A stretch of DNA of 62,213 bases, filler included, from an uncultured bacterium (GCA_964449065.1; 18 parts of 18 records of this genome joined end to end with filler, not necessarily neighbours in it), one strand, 5' to 3'. Shown: positions 50,738 to 61,804, numbered from the whole stretch's first letter. Notes: generated from the letters alone by a model not told the origin. Made by a program: numbers and translations.

Positions 50738-50888
50738 GAGAATAGAATATTAATCTATTAGATTGCTTTATTCCATTTATGGCTTGAATATTCTCAAGCA
50801 GCGGAACTTACTTAATTCGGGGTTATCAAAACCCTCATTTTTTTACTGGATATTGATTTCATCAGATTGAAACACTTGTTGTTTAAAT

Positions 50889-51950
50889 TTAAGTTTCATC
50901 GGATTTACGCTTTGTTTTTGGTTGGATTTGTTTTATTGCGTTGTCAAAATCTGACGTTGATTTGTCAATGTTCTCGATTTGCTTCAAGTGATATTTGTCA
51001 TATTCATCTTCAGCCAGTTGTTTGGCGATTTCGTGTGAGATTTTTCCTGCATGGTTGAGAATATCGCGGTCATTAATGGTTAAAAAACCGTCTAATTTTT
51101 TGATCCAGTCATCCATATACATCGGAACTCGTCTCATGGCCTGGCCCTCTGCGAAAATAAGATATTGTTCGACGAGATTATTCAGCGACGCGAGCTCCTC
51201 TTCATTCAGATAATTTTTGGCGATAGTTACATCTTGTTTTCTCACCTTAGAGCCACGAAAACTGGTCAACCCCATATTGGGTTGTGACGAATCAGCCCTG
51301 GAGTGAACAATCTCAGCAGCGGTCTGTCCGGTAATCGCCCAGTGCATTTTGTTTTGAACTGTCTTGAAAAATTGGATACTGATTTCTTGGGTTGGGTCAT
51401 AGTCGATGCTGGTCGAATAAATATCAGTGATCTTCTGATAAAAGCGGCGTTCTGAGGTGCGAATGTCCTGTATTCGCCGCGTCAGTTCTTCAAAGTAATC
51501 GAAGGGCAGGTCAGGGTTCTTCAAACGCTCATCGTCAAGCGTAAAGCCCTTGATGATATATTCTCTCAACCGCTGGGTCGCCCAGATGCGAAATCGGGTC
51601 GCAATTCGGCTTTTGATTCGATAACCGACTGAGATAATGACATCTAGATTGTAGTAATCAATCTGGCGTTTAACTTCACGATTTCCCTCCAATCGAACTA
51701 ACAAGAATTTCTTGTTAGTTGCCTCTTGGAGCAGTTCAATCTCTTCATAAATATTTGTGATATGTTGACTTATGTTTTGTTGTGTGGTTTGAAAGAGTTC
51801 AGCCATATGCTGTTGAGTCAGCCAGACTGATTCTTCATGTAGACGAACATCAATCTTGATCTGACCGTCTTCAGCTTGGTAGACCAAAAATTGGCCTTTG
51901 GGGTCAGAATAAGCGTCGTCTTGAGTTTTAGATGAATTAGTTGCGTCCAT
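50889..51950 (-). CDS. RhuM-family protein
   Basis: VWLTQQHMAELF, YNLDVIISVGYR, FRIWAT, IRTSERRFY, AKNYL. Confidence 0.93.
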   Translation of the reverse strand: MDATNSSKTQDDAYSDPKGQFLVYQAEDGQIKIDVRLHEESVWLTQQHMAELFQTTQQNISQHITNIYEEIELLQEATNKKFLLVRLEGNREVKRQIDYYNLDVIISVGYRIKSRIATRFRIWATQRLREYIIKGFTLDDERLKNPDLPFDYFEELTRRIQDIRTSERRFYQKITDIYSTSIDYDPTQEISIQFFKTVQNKMHWAITGQTAAEIVHSRADSSQPNMGLTSFRGSKVRKQDVTIAKNYLNEEELASLNNLVEQYLIFAEGQAMRRVPMYMDDWIKKLDGFLTINDRDILNHAGKISHEIAKQLAEDEYDKYHLKQIENIDKSTSDFDNAIKQIQPKTKRKSDET

Positions 51951-52034
51951 TTCAGCTATTCTCAAATAGTTTTGATTTCAGTATTTGGTGACAGTTGTGT
52001 GAAAATCTATATATTATGCACTTTCACTAGATTA

Positions 52035-52235
52035 TTAGACAAGAATACTATCCATCATCTTCTTCACATATGTATCTTTATCGTCTGCTTGGAAGAAAAC
52101 ATTGTGCTTTTCGAGTTCTGGTTTAGATAGTCCCCAAAATTTGATTTGCTGATAGTTTGTATTGGAAATGATGAATGAGTTCAGTTCTACATTTGAATCA
52201 TTCAAGCGTTTTTCAAGTAGTTTGATTTCTTTATG
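52035..52235 (-). pseudogene. 3' remnant resembling a type III restriction Res/helicase C-terminus
   Basis: HKEIKLLEKRLNDSNVELNSFIISNT...HNVFFQ; frame closed by a stop shortly upstream, before the contig end. Confidence 0.5.
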
Positions 52236-52793
52236 GCGCTCCGGTAAAAACTCGCATTTGTGATTTCTGCTGAAATCTTAATCTNNNNNNNNNNNNNNNN
52301 NNNNNNNNNNNNNNNNNNNNNNNNNNNNTTAATTAATTAANNNNNNNNNNNNNNNNNNNNNNNNNNNNNNNNNNNNNNNNNNNNAGATCCGCCTGGCCAA
52401 ACAATTCACAAAACTGAGAGAATCAGATAGATCAGAAATTATCGAAAGAGTGGCCAATCTGAAGGTTTATGGTAAGTTTGAATATTATAAGAAGGTGTAA
52501 ACCTAAAAACATGTTCGAGGCCTTCACCGGATAATGTAAGCGATTCCAACATCCCTTTTATAAAACCAGGTTGATAATACCTAAAGTATCCTGGTTGTTC
52601 TGGTTTTTCTTTTTTCGGATGTAATTTGTAATCTGAAATGGTCTTTAATTTATTTCAGGTCAGATTTACAAATACAACCGAATACAATCGAATCAGGGAT
52701 AGCCTTCCCCTTAATGCGAAGTAACAATTTAATGACAAAATAAGTGAACCCTAACTAAGATAGTATTGTTCCATATGTAAATTTATTTAGACC

Positions 52794-53228
52794 ATGGTTT
52801 TTAGAAAGTTTTTTATTTTGTTAATTTTTATGAATTTGAGCTATACATTACCGGGTCAAAATCTTATTGATCATAGATGGAAAGATCGTATAATTTTGCT
52901 TTATACTCCAGACCCGGGATCATCTCAGTATAAAGAACAGGTAATTGAACTTACCAGGGATAAACAAGGATTCACTGAGCGAAAACTTGTTCTTTACAGT
53001 GTAACGGATACGCATGTGAAAAAAGGATGGGAAAATGCAGAATGGGTAAAAAGGAATAACTCGCTTGAGATCTATCTTAAAACCGATAATAAATTCGAAA
53101 TCGTACTATTAGGGCTGGATGGCGGTGTGAAATTACGACAGGAGTCTTTTCTTGAATCTGAAAAACTTTTCAGTAGGATAGATGCCATGCCTATGAGAAG
53201 GAGTGAATTACAAGGAAGAAAAAACTAG
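52794..53228 (+). CDS. DUF4174 family protein
   Basis: HRWKDR, LLGLDGGVK, IDAMPMRRSE. Confidence 0.88.
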   Translation: MVFRKFFILLIFMNLSYTLPGQNLIDHRWKDRIILLYTPDPGSSQYKEQVIELTRDKQGFTERKLVLYSVTDTHVKKGWENAEWVKRNNSLEIYLKTDNKFEIVLLGLDGGVKLRQESFLESEKLFSRIDAMPMRRSELQGRKN

Positions 53229-53261
53229 CATCAATCATAACCCTTTAAAATATTATAAATA

Positions 53262-53630
53262 ATGGAGATCATTATTCCGGTAATTAAAATTTCAATTTCA
53301 TTAACCTTGCTAATGGTTTGGCTGGTCAGGTCTGGAATGCCAACATCCTACCGCGGTGGAAATTCCAGAAACCTGAGAGAGGAATTTGCTGTATATGGAT
53401 TACCCTCCTGGTTTATGATATTAATTGGAATTTTAAAAGTAGGATTTGCCCTGCTTCTTGTTGCAAGTATCTGGTACGATCCCTTAACCACTATCAGTGC
53501 AGGTGTAATTGCATTGCTGATGGCTGGGGCTGTTTCCATGCACCTGAAAGTTAAGGATTCAGTAAAAAAATACCTTCCGGCTTTGAGTCTTTTGCTTTTA
53601 AGTGTAGTAATCCTGGTATTTACTGTTTGA
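53262..53630 (+). CDS. DoxX-family membrane protein
   Basis: EEFAVYGLP, LMAGAVSMHLKVKD. Confidence 0.85.
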   Translation: MEIIIPVIKISISLTLLMVWLVRSGMPTSYRGGNSRNLREEFAVYGLPSWFMILIGILKVGFALLLVASIWYDPLTTISAGVIALLMAGAVSMHLKVKDSVKKYLPALSLLLLSVVILVFTV

Positions 53631-53726
53631 TTATGTGGAATACACGAGAATTATAGTCCATAAATTTATTAATAGTAAAAGAATTCCGTATCGGATTAAT
53701 TATTTACTTGAATTTGAATAAATCAA

Positions 53727-54122
53727 CTAAAGCATTTCCACGATTTGAATATGGTTTCCGCACGTGTCGTTAAAGACGGCAAATTTGGAGGTTCCCATTT
53801 CTGTGGGCTTCACACTGAACTCAACACCAATATCCACAAGACGCTCGTAGTCTTTTTGCACATTGTCGGTATTGAATTGCGTCCAGGGAATTCCCGCATC
53901 GAAAAGTGCTTTTTGGTAAACTTTGGAGGGTTCAAAATGATTGGGGGCGGGTTCGAGCAGGATTTCCACGCCATCCGGATCTTCCTTGCTCACCAGGGTA
54001 AGCCAGCGGCTGCCCTCGCCCAGAGGCATATCAACCTTTTTCAGAAATCCTATTTTCTCAGTGTAAAACTGCAATGCTTTTTCCTGGTCCAGCACCGGAA
54101 TACTAATAATCTCTACTCTCAT
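53727..54122 (-). CDS. VOC/glyoxalase family protein
   Basis: VLDQEKALQFYTE..GF, DTCGNHIQI. Confidence 0.92.
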   Translation of the reverse strand: MRVEIISIPVLDQEKALQFYTEKIGFLKKVDMPLGEGSRWLTLVSKEDPDGVEILLEPAPNHFEPSKVYQKALFDAGIPWTQFNTDNVQKDYERLVDIGVEFSVKPTEMGTSKFAVFNDTCGNHIQIVEML

Positions 54123-54167
54123 TTTCGTATTTTTTGGATTTGACCCGTTAAAAATCCGAAAAAGAAT

Positions 54168-54560
54168 TTAAACCGACTTTATAAATGTTGCTCTTTTTTG
54201 AAATTGAGAGGGGGAGATTCCGGTCCGGGATCTGAAAAACGTGCTGAAGGAGCTCGGACTGTTAAAACCCGTTTCGTAACAGGTCTCCTTAACCCTATAT
54301 CCTTTTCTCAGCAGGATCATGGCCTTTTCCATGCGTTTGTCATACAGGTATTGCCCGGGTGTTTGTCTGTAATACCTTGCGAATAAACGGATTAAATGAT
54401 ATTTTGAGGTGAAGCGGACGCTGGAAAGCAAGTCCAGATTCAGTTCTTTGTCATAGTGTTCGTTAATATAATTGCGCACCCCGATAACCGTCTCCAACTG
54501 TCCCTTGTTTGAATACAATTCATCTCTTAACCGGGTTATTTTGGAAAGGTAAAGGCTCAT
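54168..54560 (-). CDS. AraC-family regulator (DNA-binding domain only)
   Basis: SKYHLIRLF, GFNSPSSFS...GISPSQF. Confidence 0.9.
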   Translation of the reverse strand: MSLYLSKITRLRDELYSNKGQLETVIGVRNYINEHYDKELNLDLLSSVRFTSKYHLIRLFARYYRQTPGQYLYDKRMEKAMILLRKGYRVKETCYETGFNSPSSFSTFFRSRTGISPSQFQKRATFIKSV

Positions 54561-54741
54561 GGCTCACTATTCTGTCTCCAAAAATAGGGTTATTTTGAAA
54601 AAAATGGCAGAGCATGAAAAAAAAACCTAACTTGTTAAAGAAAGTCACCATCCTATCCAGCCTGAGGGTGGCTTCCAGTTCGCAATATTGCCTATTCTTT
54701 GAGCACCGGATAAGGACTGAATAAAACGAAAAACGGTAGGA

Positions 54742-55047
54742 ATGAGTTATGCAGGACATGTAATTGACATGATTAACAGGTTCAAACAGAACAGGGACCT
54801 GATTAAATCACGCCGCGAAAAAGTAGCCAGGTTAAGAAGCATGTACCTGGATTTTATTCCGTATGAGAATCATCATTTTTATGAAAAGAAAATTCCTAAG
54901 GAAGAGTTGGAGAGGATAAAATCAGGATTTAGAAAGAAAATCATCCGCGAAAGGAGAAGAGGTATGGTTTTTTCGGTTTCCCTTACCCTGTTGATCCTGA
55001 CTCTGATAATCCTATTCCTGAGAAGGGTGATTGAAACTGCGGACTGA
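54742..55047 (+). CDS. Hypothetical protein with C-terminal TM helix
   Basis: 101-aa ORF. Confidence 0.6.
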   Translation: MSYAGHVIDMINRFKQNRDLIKSRREKVARLRSMYLDFIPYENHHFYEKKIPKEELERIKSGFRKKIIRERRRGMVFSVSLTLLILTLIILFLRRVIETAD

Positions 55048-55188
55048 CCCTTCAGCCTAAATGATTCTTTCGTTTGCAAAAAATACATTGTGATTTACGG
55101 ATTACACCCTTGGTACAAATTTTGAAAAAACTTCTGTTAGAATTAACGCAGTGCTTTTTCAAAAAAATAATTATCAATATGAAATCCT

Positions 55189-55563
55189 ATGAAAAAATCA
55201 ATATTTCTTTTCATCATGATCCTTATTTCGGGAATGACTTTCAGTCAGACACCTAATGAGTCTGAGCAAATCCCTGGTAATGACACAGTTCAGGATGACT
55301 ATCTGACCATAGTATTTACCGGATTTTTTATAAACACCCAAAAGGCATACATTTCCATTAATGGCGAAGAGTTTGAAACACGAACCTTAACAAGCATCGG
55401 CTATTATAATTATAATGAGGCCATTAAAATCATGAAAGAGTATAACGAGCAAGGTTGGACATTAAGAAACTCTAACGTTTCCTTTATGGAGAAATCCGAT
55501 TATTTGTTCATTCTGATGTCGAGAAAAAAGGGTAAACCTGAAAATTCATCCGGGATTCATTGA
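55189..55563 (+). CDS. Hypothetical secreted protein
   Basis: MKKSIFLFI..TFSQ signal; YNEQGW. Confidence 0.65.
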   Translation: MKKSIFLFIMILISGMTFSQTPNESEQIPGNDTVQDDYLTIVFTGFFINTQKAYISINGEEFETRTLTSIGYYNYNEAIKIMKEYNEQGWTLRNSNVSFMEKSDYLFILMSRKKGKPENSSGIH

Positions 55564-55721
55564 AAACATGCGGACAAAATGGGACTTATCCTTTGTTGAC
55601 CATGATCTTTTTAGATTTTAGNNNNNNNNNNNNNNNNNNNNNNNNNNNNNNNNNNNNNNNNNNNNTTAATTAATTAANNNNNNNNNNNNNNNNNNNNNNN
55701 NNNNNNNNNNNNNNNNNNNNN

Positions 55722-55822
55722 ATGGATTCTTGCCGTTCCACACTCATCCGTTTTAAGAATTCGTAAACTTCGGGTGAGAAAGATACCGACATTCTTTTTG
55801 GGTATTTTTGATATAGCAAAAT
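55722..55822 (-). CDS. Ribbon-helix-helix-like small protein (3' truncated)
   Basis: Minus strand reads YPKRMSVSFSPEVYEFLKRMSVERQES after a GAGGA RBS. Confidence 0.4.
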
Positions 55823-56225
55823 GTTTTCCTCCACGAACCAATGAAGATTTGGTTCTTTTTAATTTATCGTAGATTTTTGAAAAAATATTATTCGGGAATA
55901 TTTGGAAATCTTTTTTTAACCTTGATCGTAGGTTTTATCATTCTCTTCATCCAGTTTGAGACGTATTCCTTTGCATGGATCGGCTACCTTGTTTAGCCCA
56001 ATGAAAATACTCTTGTTTCCGGTTCGATTTCTTTATCGGTATCTTCTACTGTATCAGGAAGGAAACCACCAATCACCAATGTAGATTCAAACACGTCAGC
56101 GGATTCGGATAATATATACCTCTCTTCAGCGAGATGATTGATATAGGGTCATTTTCGTTCGCCTTTGCGGCCTTGGTCAACGTATTTTGAGGAGGCAAAG
56201 TGGAATGCTTTTGTGATTTGATAAC

Positions 56226-56873
56226 TCATTTTAAAGCGACGTAAGCAACAGAAGTTTCGAGTTGATCGGATTCACCTATGATGTCACCGCTCGGTGAAAA
56301 CTCAATCACTTTGTCAACATCATAACCATATTTATAACTATGGATTTTTCCCCGCGGAAAAATTGAACCTATTTCTGAACTGTCATGCTTTGTATTGTAA
56401 TGCTGAACAATTATCTTTTTGATATCGTCTATCTGTTTCTCGATGGGTTGTTTGTTGCGTTGAGGATCTACGACGATGTATCGGCGGTTTTCCAAAAAAG
56501 CCAACGCAAATTTGGGCAATGTATTATTCGCAATTTTGAAATTCGTTTCAATAAAGATATACGGCTTGAACCGAATTTTTTCTTGATACAATTCTTCCTT
56601 GATTTTCTCAATAGCAGGTAGATAAATGTCTTCATCAATATCCAGAACTTAACATAACTTTTTGATAAAGCCGGTACTGTCGTATTTGAAATCAAAATAT
56701 GGAATATCCAATCCCAAACACTCTGAGTCAAGCAATTTGTTTAAATATACTTGCGGACTCTGTTTCAAACCTTCTTTGCCGGATGCATAGCCCATCGACT
56801 TTAAGATTTCAATAGCGTCACAGTTTTCCAATTTTTCTTTCAGCAGGTTTTGAAGTTTTTTATCATTTTGCAT
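56226..56873 (-). pseudogene. Hypothetical gene split by one in-frame TAA
   Basis: ORFs 56649-56873 and 56226-56591 share a frame, joined by 19 sense codons after the TAA. Confidence 0.75.
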
Positions 56874-57378
56874 GATGATACCCTATCTCTTCAGATCAAA
56901 ACGTTTCTCCTGCAATCGAAGTATTAAATCTCATTATATACCACATTATTTGAAATGACAACATAATATTGCATTTATTGAAATATGGGTTGTTTTTTCA
57001 AAATCTCTTTTTCTATGGTCTTTCCTTTTACCGGTTTGACCTGTCTTTCAGATAACCGTACTATTTCTCTATTCTTCGTTTTGCATTCAGGACCATAAAA
57101 AAAGACCGTCAATAATTTGATTTCAATAAAGGCATGGCATTCCCTGATAACTTTCAATTCCACTTCGCAATTTTCGCAGACAGATTCAAATTCGCCACTC
57201 TCATATTGGGTAATTCTGCATTACTTTATATTCAAGATTTCATTTCGATTCTTTTGTTTAGACAGATAACTGTTCACAAATCATATAAAAAATGAATAAC
57301 TCCTACAGAATAACCAATTGATAATATTTTACTCTTAGCTATTCCAATTCTCTACTACTTCATTTACAATACTCTCAT

Positions 57379-57552
57379 GAACGGTTCAAAAAAAGCCGTT
57401 CTAGGGCGTAGCAACCCTTTCCATAGGCAGTTTGGTATCGACTGAGACGGATACCGCTTCCGAGCCAAAGATGGCCGGGGGCGGCTATTATGTCCAAGCC
57501 TCGGCTAAAAGTAGCCGGGTCGTCCTATGGCGGCTTGCTAACTCCCGGCTAT
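57379..57552 (+). ncRNA. C4/CI-like antisense RNA cloverleaf (57471-57552) with upstream target boxes
   Basis: Closing stem ATGGCCGGGGG/CTCCCGGCTAT; CCTATGG and TTGCTA complementary to upstream CCATAGG and TAGCAA. Confidence 0.6.
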
Positions 57553-57648
57553 CACATATTCGATAGTGATTTCCAACGCAGTACAAACAAGCAGGTAAAG
57601 GAAACCTCATCCTAACCCTGCTGTATCCACTCAAAGGAGAGTTTACAG

Positions 57649-58938
57649 ATGAACCGCATAGCATTTCTATTGATTTCACTCATTGTTTCCGTATCGAGTC
57701 TTCAAGCACAAAACATCAATACACCGGAGAATTTTCCCGATCCAAACTTTCGGGTTGCTGTGGAACTATTTATGGGCATATCTTCAGGAGGTACGTTTAC
57801 GGCAGAACAAGCTGCGAGTAAGAGCGGAAAATTGACTTGTAGCAACAGGAATATTTCGAACATGAAAGGTTTGGAATATTTTACGGGAATTACAGAATTG
57901 GATTGCTCTGATAATCCTTTAACTGCGATAGATATTTCTCAAAATGTGTCTTTGCATAATTTCGACTGTAGACGGTGCCAATTGCAGAATTTAGATGTCT
58001 CCAACAATCCCAATCTGCATACCTTGGATGTTGGTTGGAATTTAATTGAGACCATTAATCTCTCCAACAACTTACGACTACAAGCATTATGGATTACTCA
58101 TAATAATTTCACTGAAATCGACTTATCTAACAATATAGAATTGAACGAACTCCATGCCGGTGATAATCAGTTAACGGCATTAGATGTAAGCAATAATCCC
58201 CATCTTACTTTCCTTAACTGCGGGCGCAATCCCATCACACAACTCGATTTTACTCAAAACCTAGAACTGAAAGATTTGAACATTCATGATACCGATATCA
58301 CTGAAATCGACCTCAGCCATAATACCGAATTGAATAGCTTTTTGTGCACCGTCAATCACCTTACAGAACTAGATATCTCAAAAAATACAAAATTGGTCTA
58401 TTTAAACTGCGGACATGGGAATATTGAGCAGTTAGACTTTTCGAACAATCCTTTGCTGTATCTAATCTCTTGCGAGAATAATCCTCTAGGCAAGATTAAT
58501 GTTTCAACCAACGAAAACCTAGAGATACTAACTGTTTGGGGTACGGGTATAACTGAATTAGATTTATCTTCGAATTCGAGATTACGAATTCTTTCTTGTT
58601 GGTCCAACGATTTGGATATTCTTGATCTTTCAAATAACCCTCTTTTGGAAGAAATACTTGTAAATCAAAATCAATTACATACCCTTGAAGCACTTGATCG
58701 TCTCACAAATCTGAGGGCTTTAAATATAAGAAATAACAATTTCAATTGTAGTGATTGGTCATGGATTTCTGAGTTGCGTTCACAACTGGGTCCCCCAGTA
58801 TTTAACCCAACCAATGCCGTTCTGATGGAATCGGGTTTTGCATTTTCTCCACAAAACAATTTCCCTCGTCTTTTCAATTGCGAACAAAACATCAATACTC
58901 CTGAGAATTTCCCCGATCCGAATTTCAGAGCGGCAGTG
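57649..58938 (+). CDS. Secreted internalin-like leucine-rich-repeat protein (3' truncated)
   Basis: Signal peptide; about 13 LRRs of about 21 aa; cap QNINTPENFPDPNFR repeated. Confidence 0.92.
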
Positions 58939-59038
58939 NNNNNNNNNNNNNNNNNNNNNNNNNNNNNNNNNNNNNNNNNNNNTTAATTAATTAANNNNNN
59001 NNNNNNNNNNNNNNNNNNNNNNNNNNNNNNNNNNNNNN

Positions 59039-59451
59039 TGGGTTGGAAAACTGCGACCATGAATAACCACACCTAGTTCATCCAATTTGACTGTTTCGAC
59101 TTTCCTTGAAAAAAAAATCTTCATGTTCGAGGGGCTATCCAAGGACTTTGTCATTCGATTTGCTGCATCATGGTTTCCTAATACAGAGAATACTTTGATG
59201 TTATGTTGCCCCAATCGCCCCATCTGTTTGCTTAGAAATATGCCAGTGCTGTAGTCTTTCCAGTCGCCGTCATACAGATCACCTGCCAACAGGACAAATT
59301 CCACATTCTCTTCAATTGCACGCTCTACAAGATTTTCAAACGCACGCCTGCAGGCATCGCGGATAGAATCTACGGGAGCGGATTCATACCGTGACAATCC
59401 GCGTAATGGACTGTCCAAATGAATATCAGCTGCGTGAATGAATTTGAACAT
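59039..59451 (-). CDS. SbcD/Mre11-like (YhaO) exonuclease (3' truncated)
   Basis: HAADIHLD, AGDLYD, GNHD. Confidence 0.92.
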
Positions 59452-59517
59452 TTACATCTCCTCGTATTGACGAATACGAAAGCCTGAGTTCAGCGGCGGA
59501 TCAAAGACTCTTGGCAA

Positions 59518-59937
59518 CTATAAACCGCTGTAACTTAACAGGTCCCGATGAGCAAATGCTGAATAAGAGAATCCATGGCATGACCTGCTTTTCTGCGCTC
59601 CTAAACACATATCATAGAATATTGCGGGCTTCAATCGTGCTAAACACAACTTAGCCTGAATGCGTGGATTGAATCCTGGATCGGTATCGTGTATCCGGAT
59701 TCGTATCCTCTTTTTTGTTGGGTTGACTATGGAAATGGCATATTCAGAAAAATCAGCAACGATAAGAGAAAACCAGACTTCTGAACCTTCCGTTATGATC
59801 CCGTTTTCCCAAATAGACAACTCAAGCCTCTGAATTTCTTGACGTGGGGAGAATTCTTGTTGGGAACCATTTTGATTAGCGCAAAAACCAAATTGGATTG
59901 TAATAGTAATGAATAATAGGGCTATTGAGATTCTCAT
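59518..59937 (-). CDS. Hypothetical exported protein, possibly truncated
   Basis: Signal-like N-terminus; C-terminal part looks non-coding. Confidence 0.4.
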   Translation of the reverse strand: MRISIALLFITITIQFGFCANQNGSQQEFSPRQEIQRLELSIWENGIITEGSEVWFSLIVADFSEYAISIVNPTKKRIRIRIHDTDPGFNPRIQAKLCLARLKPAIFYDMCLGAQKSRSCHGFSYSAFAHRDLLSYSGL

Positions 59938-60004
59938 AGTAGAAGACTCCTATGATGGTTGTAATATGAGATTTGAACATCGATTCAATTGTTCATGAAG
60001 AAAC

Positions 60005-61804
60005 TTATTCTAAATCGTTCGCTTTAAGATCATCTACGATAAGAGTGGATGGATTATCGATAGTTGAATTCTGGAGAATCATTAAGATATCTTGGTCTGG
60101 ATTCATGGATTCAAACCGACCACCAATTTGCAAACTTTCAGATTGAATATCAGAACCAAATATTGGCAAATCACCCACATTGCGGAATAACCCCATATTC
60201 TGGTTTCCATTTGTGAGCACAAACGCCAATGTGCCACTTGTAACACCTGGGTCTCGAAATGCATTGACTGAAGCCAATTGAAAATTAGGAAACTCGAATT
60301 CATCATTTGAAATGGTTGTAGCGAAATTGGCAAACGTGTTTTGAGAATCCACTTTGAGTTTCAAACCAATATCGCTAAAGGTTTTGAAAAACGGTTCTAC
60401 GATTCCTGTAGCGTTATTCAAATTCACCAACAACTTATCGAGCTCACTGTTAAAATCGCCTTTTACCTGAAGTTTTACCCTATCCCCAATATCGCCTTGA
60501 AACTGCCTTATACGTATTTCATCCACCCACACAGTGGCGGATTGAAATGCATCTGTAAGATTAACGGCTTGAATGGCGAATTGAATTCGATCATTTGGGG
60601 GATCATAGAACAGATCAACGTCCTCATAATTTTCTAATGGTAGATCATCACCCGTGATATTCACATAGGCGATTTGACCGTCTACCGGGCTATTCAATGC
60701 CACCAACGCTAGGAAAATTTCTTTCGACACACTCTTAAACAAACCTGAAATGTGAGCCAATCCATCTATCATCACAGGCTCATTGGATGTCATGAAAATT
60801 CCCTGACCAGGAAGTAAATCAATCGATATGCCTTGCCCGCTAGAACGCTCGTCTTCCGGAATCTTCCCATAACGAACATTCCCTTCATTGAAGCCAGATG
60901 GCGCATTTTGATTTAACTGTGGAACTGATTCATTAAAAAGAAATTCTGCCCCTTGTGTCGGCGTCGGTGTGGGGGTAATTGTTGGTGTTGATGTAGGTGT
61001 TACTGTAAGAGTTGGTGTAGGTGTTGTAGTCGATATGAGTGTCGGAGTTGGTGATACTAAATTGATTGAGACATCATAACTTTGATTCATAAATAATACT
61101 TTATTTTCGGTAAACATAGGAATTGCGTTTTTATCGTATACAGATACAGGAATGATATTTATCTCGGATTGTGTATTTGACGTCTTAATTACTTTTATTG
61201 TTAGTATAGGACTTTCACTAGATACAGTATTATTTACATGTACATAATTAACAAATATTCTATTGTCTTCTTTTACATGATTAACAATAACATTATCTGG
61301 TTCAATATTAACTATTTCCTTAAGTTTTACATCCAATGAGTTATATGATATTTCTATATCATACGCAGCAATAGAAAAAGATTTTCCATCTAAATATATT
61401 TCTATGATGTTTTCTGTCGGAAATCCCGGTACATTTTCCACATTTACCCTAATATCATATGGTATTTCTCCTTTTAATCTGCTGTATTGTTTCTCTTTAG
61501 AGACATTTTTGAGATTTGCCAAAATCTGACGTATTTGTAATGCATCCATAATATTGATAGCGCCATTACCATCTAAATCTGCTGCAGCAGGTTCAACTAG
61601 GCTATTACGAATACCAGATAGAAATTGTAAGATTTTTAATGAATCGCCAATATCAACTACATTGTTTGAATCAACATCACCAAGAGTATCTGATCCATTT
61701 TGTAAAGGTTTTTGTGAAATTGATGGAAATGTAACTGGTGCAATTAATATCAAAATAGATGTTGTTGCTGATATTAAAATAGGAAAAAATATTATATGTT
61801 TCAT
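60005..61804 (-). CDS. Secreted protein with dockerin, cohesin-like domain and Pro/Thr linker
   Basis: GDVDSNNVVDIGD...ADLDGNGAINIMDA; AAYDIEISYN; TPTPT linker. Confidence 0.8.
   Translation of the reverse strand: MKHIIFFPILISATTSILILIAPVTFPSISQKPLQNGSDTLGDVDSNNVVDIGDSLKILQFLSGIRNSLVEPAAADLDGNGAINIMDALQIRQILANLKNVSKEKQYSRLKGEIPYDIRVNVENVPGFPTENIIEIYLDGKSFSIAAYDIEISYNSLDVKLKEIVNIEPDNVIVNHVKEDNRIFVNYVHVNNTVSSESPILTIKVIKTSNTQSEINIIPVSVYDKNAIPMFTENKVLFMNQSYDVSINLVSPTPTLISTTTPTPTLTVTPTSTPTITPTPTPTQGAEFLFNESVPQLNQNAPSGFNEGNVRYGKIPEDERSSGQGISIDLLPGQGIFMTSNEPVMIDGLAHISGLFKSVSKEIFLALVALNSPVDGQIAYVNITGDDLPLENYEDVDLFYDPPNDRIQFAIQAVNLTDAFQSATVWVDEIRIRQFQGDIGDRVKLQVKGDFNSELDKLLVNLNNATGIVEPFFKTFSDIGLKLKVDSQNTFANFATTISNDEFEFPNFQLASVNAFRDPGVTSGTLAFVLTNGNQNMGLFRNVGDLPIFGSDIQSESLQIGGRFESMNPDQDILMILQNSTIDNPSTLIVDDLKANDLE

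Noticed and set aside
56649..56651. Stop-codon reassignment
   Set aside because: Only one instance, TAA terminates the same gene at 56226 region neighbours and many others normally, and the surrounding region appears decayed.
57434..57455. TPP or c-di-GMP riboswitch suggested by the CTGAGA loop
   Set aside because: Remaining consensus elements are absent; the C4-like two-box complementarity explains the region better.
3478..59038. Regularly spaced TTAATTAATTAA repeat
   Set aside because: Artificial all-frame-stop linker inside N padding; ORFs running into X residues are artefacts.
59482..59543. attC-like imperfect hairpin (GCCTGAGTTCAGCGG...CCGCTGTAACTTAACAGGT)
   Set aside because: Lacks clear RYYYAAC/GTTRRRY boxes, is single copy, and no integrase is present.
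60955..61055. Short tandem repeats as a VNTR or array
   Set aside because: They encode an ordinary Pro/Thr linker.
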